Numbered from the stretch's first letter, positions 40,735-54,848 are shown. The stretch: DNA of 64,000 nt from Chiloscyllium plagiosum (GCF_004010195.1 NC_057719.1:90487756-90551755), one strand, 5' to 3'. Program-made: numbers and translations. The notes: generated from the sequence alone by a model not told the origin.

Positions 40735-43140
40735 ATAGAGTCATACAGCATAGAACAGAACCTTTGGTCCAACCAATCCATGCCAAACATGTTATCAAAC
40801 TAAACTAGTCCCACCTGCCTGCACTTGGTCCACATCCATCCAAATCTTTCATATTAGTGAACTTATCTGAATGGCTTTTAAACAGTGTAACTGTACCTGC
40901 ATCCATCACTTTCTCTGGCATTCCATTCCGAACACAAACCACTCTCTGAGGAAAACATTTCCCCTCATTTTCTTTTTAAATTTTTCTCCTCTCATCTTAA
41001 AAGTATGCCCCCTAGTTTTGAACTCCCCCCCCCCCCCGACCTTATTTATGCCCATCAATTTTATAAATCTCAATAAGGTCACCCCTCAACCTCCCACACT
41101 CCAGTGAAAAACGTCCTAGTTTTTCCAGTCTATTTTATATCTCCAACCATCTATTCCCAGCAACACTCTGGTAAATCTTTTCTGAAACCTCTCCAGATTA
41201 GTAATNNNNNNNNNNNNNNNNNNNNNNNNNNNNNNNNNNNNNNNNNNNNNNNNNNNNNNNNNNNNNNNNNNNNNNNNNNNNNNNNNNNNNNNNNNNNNNN
41301 NNNNNNNNNNNNNNNNNNNNNNNNNNNNNNNNNNNNNNNNNNNNNNNNNNNNNNNNNNNNNNNNNNNNNNNNNNNNNNNNNNNNNNNNNNNNNNNNNNNN
41401 NNNNNNNNNNNNNNNNNNNNNNNNNNNNNNNNNNNNNNNNNNNNNNNNNNNNNNNNNNNNNNNNNNNNNNNNNNNNNNNNNNNNNNNNNNNNNNNNNNNN
41501 NNNNNNNNNNNNNNNNNNNNNNNNNNNNNNNNNNNNNNNNNNNNNNNNNNNNNNNNNNNNNNNNNNNNNNNNNNNNNNNNNNNNNNNNNNNNNNNNNNNN
41601 NNNNNNNNNNNNNNNNNNNNNNNNNNNNNNNNNNNNNNNNNNNNNNNNNNNNNNNNNNNNNNNNNNNNNNNNNNNNNNNNNNNNNNNNNNNNNNNNNNNN
41701 NNNNNTTGACTCCCTTCCACTACTACTCTCTGTCTCCTGTTGCCCAACCAGTTCTCTATCCATCTAGCTAGAACACCCTGGACCCCATGCAACTTCACCT
41801 TTCTCACCAGCGTACCACAAGGGGAACCTTATCAAATGCCTTACTAAAGTCCATGTATACGACATCTACATCCCTTCCCTCATCAATCAACTTTGTCACC
41901 TCCTCAAAGAATTCCATCAGGTTTGTAAGACGTGACCTTCCCTGCATAAGACCGTGCTGCCTATCACTTGGAAGCTCATTTTCTTCCAAATGGGCATATA
42001 TCCTATCCCTTAGTATCTTCTCCAGTAGCTTCCCTACACTGACATCAGGCTCATAGGTCTGTAATTACCTGGATTATCCCTGCTACCCTTCTTAAACAAG
42101 GGGACAACATTAGCAATCCTCCAGTCTTCTGGGACCTCCCCTGTGTTCAAGGATGCTGAAAAGATATCTATTAAAGTCCCAGCTATTTCCTCTCTTATTT
42201 CCCCCAGTAACCTGGGATAGATCCCATCTGTTCCTGGGAATCTGTCCACCTTAATGCCTTTTAGAGTACACAACACTTCCAACCTCCTTATGCCAACTTG
42301 ATCTAGAGTAATCAAAGATCTATCCCTAAACTCAACATCCGTCTGTCCCTCTCCTCAGTGAATACCGAAGAAAAGTGCTAATTAAGAATCTCACCCATTT
42401 TCTCTGACTCCACACATTATCTTTCCTCCTTTGTCGTTAAGTTAGCCAACCCTTTCCCTAGTTACCCTCTTGCTCCTTATATGTGAATAAAAGGCTTTGG
42501 GGGTTTCCTGCTTGCGAAGGATATCTCATGACCCCTTTTAGGCCTCATAATTCCTCGTTTCAGATTGATCCTACATTCCCAATACTCTTCCAAAGCTTCA
42601 TCTGTCTTCAGTCGCTTAGACCTTATGTACGCATCCTTTTTCCTCTTAGCTCGTCTTACAATTTCACCTGTCATCCATGGTTCCCTAATCTTGCCATTCC
42701 AATCCCTCATTTTCACAGGAACATATCTCTCCTGAACTCTAATCAACCTCTCTTTAAAAACCTCCCATATATTGAATTTGTATTTCCCTTTAAACAGCTG
42801 CTCCCAATCTACATTCCTCAAATCCTGCCAAATTTTGGGATGGCTTGGCCTTCCCCAATTTAGCACTCTTCCTTTAGGACCACTCTTGTCTTTGTCCATG
42901 AGTATTCTAAAACTATGGAATTGTGATCACTATTCCCAAATAACCCTGTCTGAAACGTCAACCACCTGGCCGGGCTCATTTCCTAACACCAGGTCCAGTG
43001 TGGCCCCTTTCCAAGTTGGACCACTTACATACTGCTCTAGAAAACCCTCCGGGATGATCCTTATAAATTCTGCTCCATCCAGATCTCGAACACTAAGTGA
43101 ATCCCAGTCAATGCTGGGAAAATTAAAATCTCCTATCACC
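40735..43140 (-). mobile_element. CR1 LINE ORF2 (APE C-terminus to 3' end), disrupted, spans an assembly gap
   Basis: GDFNFPSIDW, ATLDLVLGNEPGQ, VPEDWRIANVVPLFKKG..NYRP, YMDFSKAFDKVP. Confidence 0.9.
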
Positions 43141-43144
43141 AGAA

Positions 43145-44940
43145 GTCCTGAATAATTGGAAAATTGCTAGCATAACATCCTTATTCAAAAGGAGACAATA
43201 AAAAAAAAACTAACTATAGGACAGTTAGCTTAACATCTTTTTACTGGAAACATGTCAAGAGTTTATTATAAAGTCATAGCAAGGCATTTAGAAATACATT
43301 ATAAAATCAAGCAGAGTCAACATGGCTTCATGAGGGGAAAACTCATGCCTGACACATTTACTCTGAGGAAGTAACAAGCAGGACAGGTAAAGGGAATACA
43401 GTGAATATAATATATTTGAATTCTCAGAAGGCATTTGATAAGGCATTGCACATTAGGCTACTAAGACTCTATGGTATTGGGGATAATATTTTTAGAGCTG
43501 AAAACGTGTTGCTGGAAAACGGAGAGGTCAGGAAGATGATTGCAGGTTAGGAAGGCGGTGCTGAGTTCGAGGGATTTGACTGAGACAAGGTGGGGGGAGG
43601 GGAAATGAGGAAACTGGAGAAATCTGAGTTCATCCCTTGTGGTTGGAGGGTTCCTAGGCGGAAGATGAGGCACTCTTCCTCCAACCGTCGTGTTGCTATG
43701 GTCTGGCGATGGAGGAGTCCAAGGACCTGCATGTCCTTGGTGGAGTGGGAGGGGGAGTTGAAGTGTTGAGAAGAAGGGCTTATGCCCAAAACGTCGATTC
43801 TCCTGTTCCTTGGATGCTGCCTGACCTGCTGCACTTTTCCAGCAACACATTTTCAGCTCTGATCTCCAGCATCTACAGTCCTCACTCTCTCCTCGAAGAT
43901 AATATTTTTAGCATGGATAGAAAATTGGCTAATTATTAGAAGACAGAGTTGGGGTAATGGGGGCATTTTAAGGATGGCAGCCTATAACTAGTAGATCAAT
44001 GCTGGGACCACAAGTAATTATAACATATATTAATCACTTGGTTGAGGAAACAATGTTCTATAGTCATGTCTGTGGATAACACAAAATAGGTGGGAATGCA
44101 AGAGGGGAAGATTGAGATTGCAGAGAGATGTAGATAGGTAAGTGGCAGGTGAAACATAATGTGGGGAAATGTGAGGTTATGCACTTTGGTATGAAGAATA
44201 AAGGAGATGAGTATTATTTAAATGGAGAAAGACTGCAGAGAGATAGAGAACAGAGGGATTTGGTGGTCCATTTGAATAGATAAAAAAAAACAAGTATCTA
44301 AGTTCAATGGTAAAAGGGAAGGCAAATAAAACGCTGGTCCTTAATTTAAAGAGAATGAGTATAAAGATAGGCAAGTCTTGCTAAAACTATACAAGGCTCT
44401 AGTCAGGTAACAGCTTGAAGAGTTTTGGCCCTCTTAAGAAGGAATTGTATACTGACACTGGATGCAGTCCAGAGAAGGCTCACTAGGCTCACTAGGAGTG
44501 ATTGTCTTAAGAGGAGAGGTTGAGTACATTGAATCTGTACCCACTGGAGTTTAGAACAATAAGAAATTGAAAAATATTGAACAAATTGAAACATTTGGCA
44601 TTCTTAGAAGACTTGACAGGGTAAATGCAGAAAGGTTGTTTCCCAGTGTGGGACCAGAGAGCATAATCTCAGAGTAAGGGCTCACACATTTAAAATGAAG
44701 ATAACAGGAATTTCTTCTCCCAGAATGTTGTTAATCTATAAAATTCTTTGTGCAGAGGGATTGAGTTGTTAAGTATTTTCAAAGCTGAGACAGATCTTTA
44801 ATCGGTAAGGGAAGCAGTAGTTGTGGAGAAAAGGCAGGCAGGTGGAGGTTTGGATAATCAGATCAGTCATGACCTCATTGAATGTTGGAGCAGACCTGAT
44901 GAGCCAAAAAGCCTCATTCTGCTCCCAAAGCTTATGGACA
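43145..44940 (+). mobile_element. Old CR1 RT-to-3' fragment interrupted by a Penelope relic
   Basis: NYR.VSLTS, QHGF, QKAFDK motifs and a CR1 tail. Confidence 0.75.
43496..43897. mobile_element. Penelope-like relic with inverted terminus
   Basis: TSD gataatatttttag at 43482-43495 and 43898-43911. Minus-strand HFNSPSHSTKDMQVLGL..RRLEEE.LIFRLGTLQPQG (GIY-YIG C-terminus) joined to a plus-strand terminal repeat. Confidence 0.85.
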
Positions 44941-45372
44941 GTTGACCACTTGCAGGATGAGGACAGGTGACTGCCTGCAGGAAGCCTCAGGAAATACTGC
45001 TGAATATGCGGAGCTCTTGGATGTCCTTATAGTGTAGATTATGTAGGAGCTCAAACATTTACGATCTTTACACCCACAATACAAATAGCACCAAAGGATG
45101 GTTAATCTGCAGCACTTTATTTCAAAGTTTTATGACTGAACCATTTTGTTTTTAAATCAACCTGTTACTAACTACTTATCAGAAGTGTGTCATTTTTAGT
45201 TTAGTAATTAATCCTGAAGTAGTTCTGTGATTGAAATTAATATTTACAGTGACTAAAGTTCTCCAGAGTTCATAATCTAACCGGATAACTAAAGACCATA
45301 CTGCCCATCAGTTCACTGGCACATCACACTTTGCTCCTCCCCATCCTGTAGCAAAAGACAGTTTTAAAGTAC

Positions 45373-45521
45373 CTTTGTTAAAGTCCACATTAGTTGGTAG
45401 TGTCCCTTTACATACATGATAGGGCAGCAGTCTGAATACTGTGTCCTCAAAGGAATTAAAAGGAGTGTTGCAATCAGGCTGAAGGACAGAGGTCTGGTCC
45501 TTGTAGAATTTTTCAAGTAAT
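45373..45521 (-). CDS. BICRA: BICRA/GLTSCR1 domain exon (LLEKFYKDQTSVLQPDCNTPFNSFEDTVFRLLPYHVCKGTLPTNVDFNK), 149 nt
   Basis: Contains the SFED..RLLPYHV..G.LP motif of the GLTSCR1 domain. AG acceptor at 45522-45523, GT donor at 45371-45372, phase 2 in and phase 1 out. Confidence 0.92.
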
Positions 45522-45799
45522 CTGTTTGTGCCACAATTAAAAAGAAAGAAACAGTTAGTAAGAAACCCTGAAAATCCAATTTGTCACATTTCTCTTTGTG
45601 GTATCTTGCTGTGTGTTAACTGGCTGCTACATTTCCTACATTGCAATGACTAATCTGTAGGCACTGCAGAGTCTGTAAAGTGCTTTAGTTCACCCCCAGG
45701 TTGCGTGCCTTTCTCTTTCCATTTTTCCAAAAATTCATTGAGCACCATCTTCCCTATTTGGGGATGAAGAAGCACTGAAGTGCTTCTTGTCACTGAACT

Positions 45800-47520
45800 G
45801 CTTTGTCGGGGTGTTCGTGAGGGGTTGGTATTGGGACCCTTATTTTCCCTTATTAGCATTAATGATCTAAAATTTGGTGTGCAGGGGACAATTTCTAAGT
45901 CTGCAGATGACACTAAACTTGGGAGAACTGTGAATTGTGAGGATGACACTGTGGAACTCCAAAAGGACATGGACAAGTTGTTGGAGAGGGCGGATAGGTG
46001 GTTCAGTGCAGAAAGTATTAGGTGACGTAATTCTGTCAGAATAACATTGAATGACAATATAAAATAGGGGTTACAATTCTAGAGGGGCTGTAGCAGCAGA
46101 CGGACCTGGGGTTACATGTGAGAAGATTATTCAAAGTACAGGAGAGGTGGAGAGAATAGTAAATTAAGCAGACAATGTTCTTGGCTTTATTTATAGGGGC
46201 ATAGAGTACAAAGGCGATGTAGAACTTATATAAGATACTTGTTAGATCTCAGTTCTGGGCACTACATTAAAGGGAAAAGATGAATGCATTGGAGAGAATG
46301 CAGAAAGAGTTTACTATCATTGTTCCAGGTATGAGAAACTTCAGTTATGAGAATAGACCGAAGCTGAGAATGTTCTCCCTGGAGATAAGAAGTTTGAGAT
46401 GGAATCTGATTGAGGTTTTCAAAATCCTGAACAGGTTGGGCAAAGTAAATAAGGAGAAACTGTCTTTGTCTAATAAAAGAAACCAGAATGAAATGGCAGA
46501 GATTTTAAGTGATGTGTAATGGGCAAAAATCAGGAGACTGGCATTAATCTCTCAAGTGCAGTCACGATGGGCTGAGTGGCCTCCTTTTGTTCCATAATAT
46601 TCCTGTGATTCTGTGACCTATCCCAATTCATTTAGTCAGCTCTGTCTTCATAATTTCCAAATTACCCTTCTGGAAATTTGAAACATTAGTCTTGACCTAC
46701 TCTTTTCTCTTCCTCAAACAGTGAAGTTCAATAATGTTCTGATCACTGTTACCTGGAGAGACCTTTACTTGATGAATTAATTAATCTACTCTAATTTCAC
46801 TTACCAGATCTCATACTGCCTGCTCTCTGGTTGGATCTAGAACATGCTGCTTAAGAAGCTATCCTTCTATGAACTCATCTTCCAGGCTACATGTGCCAAT
46901 ATGATTTGTCCATCCATTTATAAATTAAAATTACTCATAAATATTGCTGTACCTTTGTCACAATCTCCCATTATTTCTAACTATTTGCCCCATTATACAG
47001 TGTAGTTATTGTTAGGAAGCTTATAAACTACACTCAAAGTCACTTCTTTGTTATTTCTTATTTTTACTCAAACTGATTGTACAGGTGAAATCTCATGCTA
47101 CTCAAAACTTAATTTAGCTGGAGTCCAAAATTCAGAATCCTAGTGATGAGATAAAAGCCAAGCGGGTTGCACCTGAACACTGTTGCAACTGATGTTGTTA
47201 TGCTAGTGTCATTGGGAAGCTTTACAGTAACTTGGCAGGGCTGTGGGAACTAGAGACCAGGGTTCACTAAATATTTAAGACTTGCAACCGGCACAAGCAC
47301 AGACAATTAGCAAGTTTGCAGGTAAAATTACAGTAAGAAAGTGAAAATTAAAGACTAAATTAGGGTTATTGTGCATGTATGTGAATGCAGAGTAGAGGAA
47401 ATAAGGTTGGAGAGTTGTGGGCAAAAATTGCTGTTTGAAATTATAATGCTGTGGTGATAACAGAGAATTGGCTCAAGAAAAGGTGTTAAAATTGGGTGTT
47501 ACATATTCCAGGGTGAGGAA
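45800..47520. mobile_element. CR1 fragments (45800-46615 +, 46620-47100 -, 47250-47520 +)
   Basis: GLVLGPLF, ISKSADDTKLG and APE N-terminal relics. Confidence 0.65.
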
Positions 47521-48600
47521 CCATTGGAAACAATGAGGTGGGAAAGGCCAATTCAAATGGTGACAAAGTGTGGTCAGCATAGCCTCACTTTCACAGATAG
47601 CCTCTCCCACCAGAAAGACAAATACAGAACTACGGAGAAGCAACTTGGATCAAACACCAGCACCTTGGATATTATGTCATTGCTCAGGACTAAGGGATTT
47701 GTGTGCCACACAATCCCTGTTTGAGACTATTGTCTGTTAGACAGATCATTAACTTATTTGATCAGAGATGAATATCCAATCACAACACCAAGATCCAAAT
47801 GTCCAGTAAGACGAAATTGATGTCTCCACCTGAAGCTTCCCAAATGGAGGAGGAAGTCTAAGTTTAGCTCATGTCTAATCTTGAAAGTCTTCACCTGCCC
47901 AACTCAATTCCTGAACAATGAAATCAAAGGAGTTAGCCTTCCTAGGCTCCTATGTCCATACCATTGGGTTCAATCGTTGTCATCACCAGCAATGGTTCAG
48001 TGAAAACAATGCTCAAATATATGACATCCTGAGCAGAAACAAGATATCCTCACTGTGTCTGAACCAAGGTCACCAGTCACAAAGACAGTGTTACAATAAA
48101 TCAAGGCAAATACCCAAAAGGACAACCTGGAAGAGAAGTGGTGGGAGAGGAAGCCCCAGAGGTCTACAAATATGCTGACCGTCATGACATGCAAAGCTTT
48201 TTAGAAAACGCCACGGCCATACATAGATCAAGGCCTAATGGACATAATTCCCTTCACTCACTGGATGGCTTCTCTTCTTAAGGATAAGAATATTATCCAT
48301 TAACACTGAACGAATATTTTGTCCACTGTGAATCCACAGTGGCATCTGATACTCTTCAGAATATCCCCCAGTAACTTGTGGTCGAATTCTTGTGTGAATA
48401 GCCATCACTGGGAGAGCTGCAACAAACTATCAAAAGATAATAATATTAAAACCTTTGGCCTGTCACGATTTCAGCTGAGGTTGCTAAAGCTGCTGGACGT
48501 TTATTCATATCAAGGCACCCTTACTTAGCCTGTTTGAGCAAAATATAGGTTTTCCTCACATCAACTTCAGGAATGAAATAATTGTGTTTATCACAGAACT
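47520..48600 (+). mobile_element. Degraded RTE-like LINE fragment
   Basis: Degraded relic resembling the RTE endonuclease-end/linker region. Weak match. Confidence 0.45.
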
Positions 48601-48928
48601 GAATCCCTACAGTGTGGAAACAGGCCTTTCGGCCCAACAGCTCCACACCGACCCTCTGAAGACTAACCCACCCAGACCCATTCCCTTATCGCATTACTCA
48701 CCATTTACCTCTAACTAATGCACCTAACCTATACATCCCTGAACACCATGGGCAATTTATCATAGGCAATTCACCTAATCTGCACACCTTTGGACTGTGG
48801 GAGGAAACCCATACAAACACAGGGAGAATGTGCAAACTCCACACAGACAGTTGCCCAAGGCTGGAATCAAACCCAGATCTCTGGCACTGTGAGGCAGCAA
48901 TGCTAACCATTGAGCCGCCATGCTGCCC
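48601..48928 (-). mobile_element. HE1-type V-SINE
   Basis: Reverse complement of head, V-domain and tail. Confidence 0.9.
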
Positions 48929-49138
48929 AAGGAGAAAGATATTATCTACTGTGCAAACCATCAAGTAATTTTATATTATCCATAGCCAATCTAACTACCA
49001 TCCCCCGACAGTCAATGACATTTCTATCACTGAATCCTCCACTATTAACAATTCATAGTTACAATTGACTAGAAGCTAAACTGGACTCACTATATAAATA
49101 CTGTAGATACAAGAATAGGTCAGAGGCTAGGAAACAGG

Positions 49139-49481
49139 GAGGTGATAGTAGTGGTATTATCACTAGACTATTAATCCAGAAACTCAGCCAATGCTCTGGG
49201 GATCTGGGTTCGAATCCCACCAAAGCAGATGGTGGAATTTGAATGCAATAAAAAATATCTGGAATTAAGATCTATTCAACGCCATTTCCGATTGTCAGTA
49301 AAACCCATCTGGTCACTAATGGCCTTCAGTCGAAATCTTCCATCCTTACCTGATCTGGCCTACAAGTGACTCCAGTGCCCCAACAATGTGGCAGCCTCTT
49401 AAATGGCTTTTGGCCAATTGGGATGGGTAATAAATGCAGAACTAGTCAGCGACATCCTTATCTGATAAATGAATAAAAAAA
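49139..49481 (+). mobile_element. tRNA-derived SINE (bipartite, LINE-related)
   Basis: A-box-like gtagtggt, B-box ggttcgaatcc at 49207, tail gggtaataaatgc..aatgaat plus an A-run. Confidence 0.75.
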
Positions 49482-52184
49482 ACTACCAATCCTTGCCTGG
49501 CCTCTATGTGACTCCAGATCTACAGCAATGTGGTTGATTCTCAATAGCTCTCCGCAATGGCCTGGGAAGCTACTCAGTTGTATCAATTGCTATGAGGTCT
49601 CAACAAAAAAATGAAGCCAGTCGGATCAGCTGGCATTGCCCTAGGCACTGGAATAGATAAAGGCAGACGTAGCCCTGTCAAACCTGAAAAGTCCTCCTTA
49701 CTTACATCTGGTGGTTAGTGCCAAAATTGGGAGCTGTCTCATAGATGAGCCAAGCAACAGTATGACTGTATCTGGAATCATATGATGGAATCAAATCTTA
49801 TCAACAATGTCCCAGACATCACCATCACGATCCTGGGTATATCCTGACCCATCAGCAAGACAGATACAGCAGAGGTGGCGGCACAGTGGTATACAGTCAG
49901 GAGGGAGTTGCCCTTGAAGTCCTTAACATTGACTTCAGACCCATGATGTCTCATGGCTTCAGGTTAAACATGGGCAAGGAAAATTCCTGCTGATTACCAT
50001 TTACTGCCCTCCCTTGGCTGATGAATCAGTACACCTTTATGTTGAACAACACATGAAGGAAGCGCTGAGGGTGGCAATGGTTAAAAATATACTCTGAGGG
50101 AAGGATTTCAACATCCAATACCGAGGGTGGCTTAGCAGCAGAATTACTGATCAAGCTGGTCCAGTCCTAAAGGGTTTGTGGCAGGTGCTGAGGGAACCAA
50201 CAAGAGGAAAAAGCATACTTGACCTCATCCTTCCCAATCTGATGCATCTGTCCATGACAGTATCAGTAACAGTGACTGCTGCACAGTCCTTGTAGAGACG
50301 AAGTCCCGCCTTCACATTGAAAATAACCTCCATTGTATTGTGTGGCACCGTGCTAAATGGGACAGACTTCGAACAGATCTAGCAAGTCAAGACTGGGCAT
50401 CCATGAGGTAGTGTGATCCATCAACAGCAGCAGAACTGTACTACAGCACAATCTATAACCTCACAGTCTGGCATATCCCATACTCAAGCATTACAATCAA
50501 GCCAGGGGAATAATTCTGGTTCAATGGAAAGTGCAGGAGGGTATGCCAGGTGTAGCACTAGGCATATCTAAAAATGAGGTGTCAACCTGGTGAAGTTGCC
50601 TAACAAGAATAATTGTACGCCAAACAGCACAAAGCAGCAAATGACAGACAGAGCTGAATAATCTGAGAATTAATGGATCAGATCGAAGCTCTGCAGTCCT
50701 GCCACATCCAATTGTGAATGGTGGTGGACAATTAAACAACTTAGTGGAAGAGGATAGTCCCACCCTCAATGACGGAAGAGCCTAGCACGTCAGTGCAAAA
50801 GGTCAGCTGAAGCATTCGCAACAGTCTTCAGCTTGAAGTGCTGAGTGGATAATCCATCTCAGCTTTCTCCAGTGGTCCCCAGCATTACAGATATGAATCT
50901 TCAACTAATTTGATTTATCAAGAAACAGTTGAAGTCACTGCATACTGCAAGGGCTATGGGCCCTGACAACATTCTGTCAATAGTAGTAAGGACTCATGCT
51001 CCAGAACTTGCAGCTCCCCTAGCAAGGCTCTTCCCGTACAGTTACGACACTGGCATTTACCTGACAATGTGGAAAATAGTACAAAAAAGTGCAGATCAAA
51101 TCCAACCCAGCCTATTGCCACCTCATCAGTCCACTCTCGATCATCAGTAAAGTGATGGAAGGTTTCATCAACAGTGCTATTAAACAGTACCTGCTCCGGG
51201 ACACCCAGTTTGGGTTCCATCAGGGCCTCTCAGCTCCTAACCTCATTACAGCCTTGGTTCAAACATGGACAAAAGAGCTGAATTCCAGAGGGGAGGTGAG
51301 AGTGACAGCCCCTGACACCAAGGCCGCAATCAACTGAGTGTGGTATCAAGGTACCCTAGAAAAGCTGGAATCAATGGGTACTAAGGAGCAAACTCTCCAC
51401 GAGTTGGAGTAATAGATGGCATGAAGGAAATTGGTTGAGGTTGTTGGAGCTATCATCTCATCAACAGGACATCTCCGCAGGAAGTCCTCAGGGGAGTGTC
51501 CTAGGCCTAACCATCTTCAGCTGTCTCATCAATGATCTTCCATCATAAGTTCAGAGGTGAGAACGTTTGCCAATGATTGCACAATGTGCAACACTATTCA
51601 TGACTCCTCAGACATTGAAGCACTCCATGTTCAAATGCAACATAACCAGGACAATATTCAAGCTTGAGATTACAAGTGGAAAGTAACATTTGCACCCAAC
51701 AAGTGCCAGGCAATGACCATCTCTAATAAGAAACAATCTAACCACTATCCCATGACATTCAATGATATTACCATCACTGAATCCTCCACTATCAGCCATC
51801 TTCTGCGGGGGGGAGGGGGGGGGGGGGTGGTTACCATTGACCAGAAATTCAACTGGCCACATCACATAAACATAATGACTACAAGAGCAGGTCAAAGACT
51901 AGGAATACTGTGGTAAGTAATTCACCTCCTCATTCCCCAAAACCTCTCTCTACCATTCACAAGGCATGAGTCAGGACTGTAATGGAATATGCCCCACTTT
52001 CTTGGATGAATGCATCTCCAACAACACTCAGAAAGCTTGACATCATTCAGGTAAAAGCAGCCTGCTTGATTGGCATCATCCACAAAAATCCACTCCTTCC
52101 ACCACTGACGCTCAGAAGCAGCAGTGTGCATTGCATACGCAGCAAAAGTTCATCAAAGTTCCTTAAACAGCATCTTACAAATGC

Positions 52185-53885
52185 ACTCGGAGAAAGTGAG
52201 GACTGCAGACGCTGGAGATCAGTGTGGAAAAGCGTGGTGCTGGAAAAGCTCAGCTGGTCAGGCAGCATTCAAGGATCAGGAAAGTCGACATTTCGAGCAT
52301 GAGCTCTTCATGAGGAGGGGGGGGCGAATGAGGAAACAGGTGAAGTCTTCATTGATCTTGTGTGGTTGGAGGATCCCAAGGAAGAAGATAAAGTGTTCTT
52401 CCTCCAGGTGTAAGGTGGCTAGAGTTTGGTGGTGGAGGAGGCCCAGAACTTGCATGTCTTTGGCAGAATGGGAGGGGGAGTTAAAGTGCTCAGCCATGGG
52501 GTAGTGGGGTTGATGAATGCATGTGCCCCAGAGTTGTTATCTAAAACATTTCACAAGTTGGTGTCCTGTCTCCCCGATGTAGAGGAGACCACATCGAGAG
52601 TACAGACACAGTAGATGATGTGTGGGGAAATACAGATAGATCTATGTCGGATGTGGAAGGATCCTTTGGGGCCTTGGATGGAGGTGAGATGGGAGGTGTG
52701 GGTACAGACTTCTTGCGGTGGCAGGGAAAGGTGCCGGAAGTGGAAGGTGGATTGGTGGAGGGCATGGAGCTAACACAGATGGAATGATCTCTGCGGAATG
52801 CAGTTAGGGGTGGGAAGGGAAATACATCCATGGTGGTGGGGTCAGTTTGTAGGTGGTGGAAATGGCGGAGGATAATGCAATGTATTGGAGGTTAGTGGGG
52901 CGGAAGGTGAGGACCAGAGGGTTTCTGTTCTTGTTGTGATTGGAGGGGTCGGGTTCAAGGACGTGAAGATCTTGATCCCCTGAGGGGTCTCTCGGTTCCG
53001 CAATCGGTCAAATAAACACTAGGAGTTTGGTCTGCTTCAGCAAGATTTCACACTTTAATCAGTATCGGCTGGGCACAGGTCGTTCAGCAACACAGAGGTT
53101 AAAAGCTACTGTGTTCCTTGGAGAAACTGCGCAAATAGCTTGAAACAATGACAATTTTTATATGGTTCTTAGGAAATAGTACAGCCTTAATTACAGAGCA
53201 AACCCAATAAAGTGGAATAAAATGACATTATGGACAGCAGGTTGACCCAATAATATTTCCTGGGAACCAACGTTGTTTTGCAAATATTTAAACAGAGTGT
53301 TAATTTGCAGCCTAAAAGCCATTTGATTATGTTACTTTATGTTACTTGCATTAAGAAGCCATTTTGTTGTTTGTGAAAACATGTATTAAATGGTTGCTCC
53401 TGACAACAGCCTAAATCCAGATTTTAGATCCTCAGGCGAAGGTGTGGGAAGTGGAGGAGATGTACTGGAGAGCATTATCAACTATATGGGAGGGGAAATT
53501 GTGGTCCTTGAAGAAGGAACAAAGTGGACAGAACGGTTTCAAGGTACACAGAGGTAAGTTCGGTGGGGCAGGAGCAGGCTGAGACGATGGGTTGACAGGA
53601 GGTTTGTGAGATTTAGGTAGGAGGTAGAACTGGTCAGTGCGGGATTCCCGAACTATGAAGTTGGAAGCTGTGAGTGGGCGATCCCCTGAGGTGATGAGAT
53701 TGTGGATGGTCTGGGAGATGATGGATTGGAGATGGGAAGTGAGTTCATAGTCGCGGGCAGTAGGAGGTGTCTGTGAGTTGATGCCTGGCTTCAGGGGTGT
53801 CAAAGTCAGTGCACCCAACTACCACTGTGCTACATCCCCACCCCCCTTGTCTGCTGGTTTGTCCACAAGTTGGCACCTGGCTTCA
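52185..53885 (-). mobile_element. Penelope-like element (RT largely deleted, GIY-YIG and terminus present)
   Basis: KPADKGG, FYLLPK.HK and HFNSPSHSAKDMQVLGL motifs. Terminal repeat at 52185-52315. Confidence 0.85.
52964..53434 (-). mobile_element. Solo LTR of the ERV family at 58459
   Basis: TGAGGATCT...AGATCTTCA on the minus strand, homologous to 58459-59055. Flanks gacg/ggcg form a 4-bp TSD with one mismatch. Confidence 0.88.
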
Positions 53886-54525
53886 GAGATGTAGATCTGC
53901 AAGTTACATGACCACTTCCATTGAGAAGGAAAAAGGCAGCAGCTATGTGGGTACACCATCGCCTGCAAGTTCTGCCCCAAGCCATTCACCATCTTGACTT
54001 GGAAATATATCGCCATTCCTTCACTGTTGCTGTGTCAAAATCCTGGAATTCACTTCCTAAGGGCATTGTGGGTGAACCTGCAGCACTTGGAATGAAATGA
54101 TTCAAGAAGGCAGCTTAGCATCACCTTTTTAAGGGCAACTGGGGATGTGCAATAAATGCTAGACAGCCAGCAACATCACATCCCACGAGTGCTAAAAGCA
54201 GAATATAGAAAACTAGGAAGAAAGTTGAAATGTAGGACTTCAAAGGTAGTTATCTCAGGATTAGTACCAGTGCCACGAGCTGGTCAGAACAAAAACAGCA
54301 GGATAGATAGATAAACATGTGGCTGAAAAGAAAATGTGACTGGGAGACTGTCAGATTCATGGGACATTCTGGGGAGATGGGACCTGTACAAACTGGACGG
54401 GTTATCCCTGGGCAGGACCGGGACTGACGTCCTTGGAGGGTACTTAGTAGTGTGGTGGGGGATGGGAACTAAAGGATAGGGCAGTAGATGCAGAAATTGA
54501 GGGAGAGGTAGCAACCAGGTAAAGT

Positions 54526-54848
54526 GGGCGGCACGGTGGCACAGTGGTTAGCACTGCTGCCTCACAGCGTCAGAGACCTGGGTTCATTTTCTGCTTCAGG
54601 TGATTCTCTATGTGGAGTTTGCACATTCTCCCCGTGTCTGTGTGGGTTTCCTCCGGGTGCTCCGGTTTCCTCCCACAGTCCAAAGGTGTGCAGGTTAGGT
54701 AAATTGGCCATGTTAAATTTCTTGTAGTGTTAGGTGAAGGGGTAAATGTAGGGGAATGGGTCTGGGTGGGTTGTGCTTCGGCGGGTCGATGTGGTCTTGT
54801 TGGGCCGAAGGGCCTGTTTCCATACTGGAAGTAATCTAATCTAATCTA
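54526..54848 (+). mobile_element. HE1-type V-SINE (full length)
   Basis: gggcggcacggtggcacagtggttagcactgctgcctcacagc ... (taatc)n tail. Confidence 0.95.

Larger units (their letters stand above)
49482..54195 (+). mobile_element. Near full-length APE-RT LINE (CR1/L2 group, distinct from HER1), degenerate, interrupted at about 52185-53885
   Basis: APE start (L.IW.LVPKLG), R...RGGG, PISLLSIISKVME, QFGF, PQGSVLG..F and FA.D motifs. The tail resumes at 53885. Confidence 0.8.

Noticed and set aside
41104..41807. ORFs of about 200 aa
   Set aside because: They span a 500-N gap within a CR1.
49139..49225. tRNA genes here and at the HE1 heads
   Set aside because: These are SINE heads followed by SINE bodies, with no complete cloverleaf or terminator.
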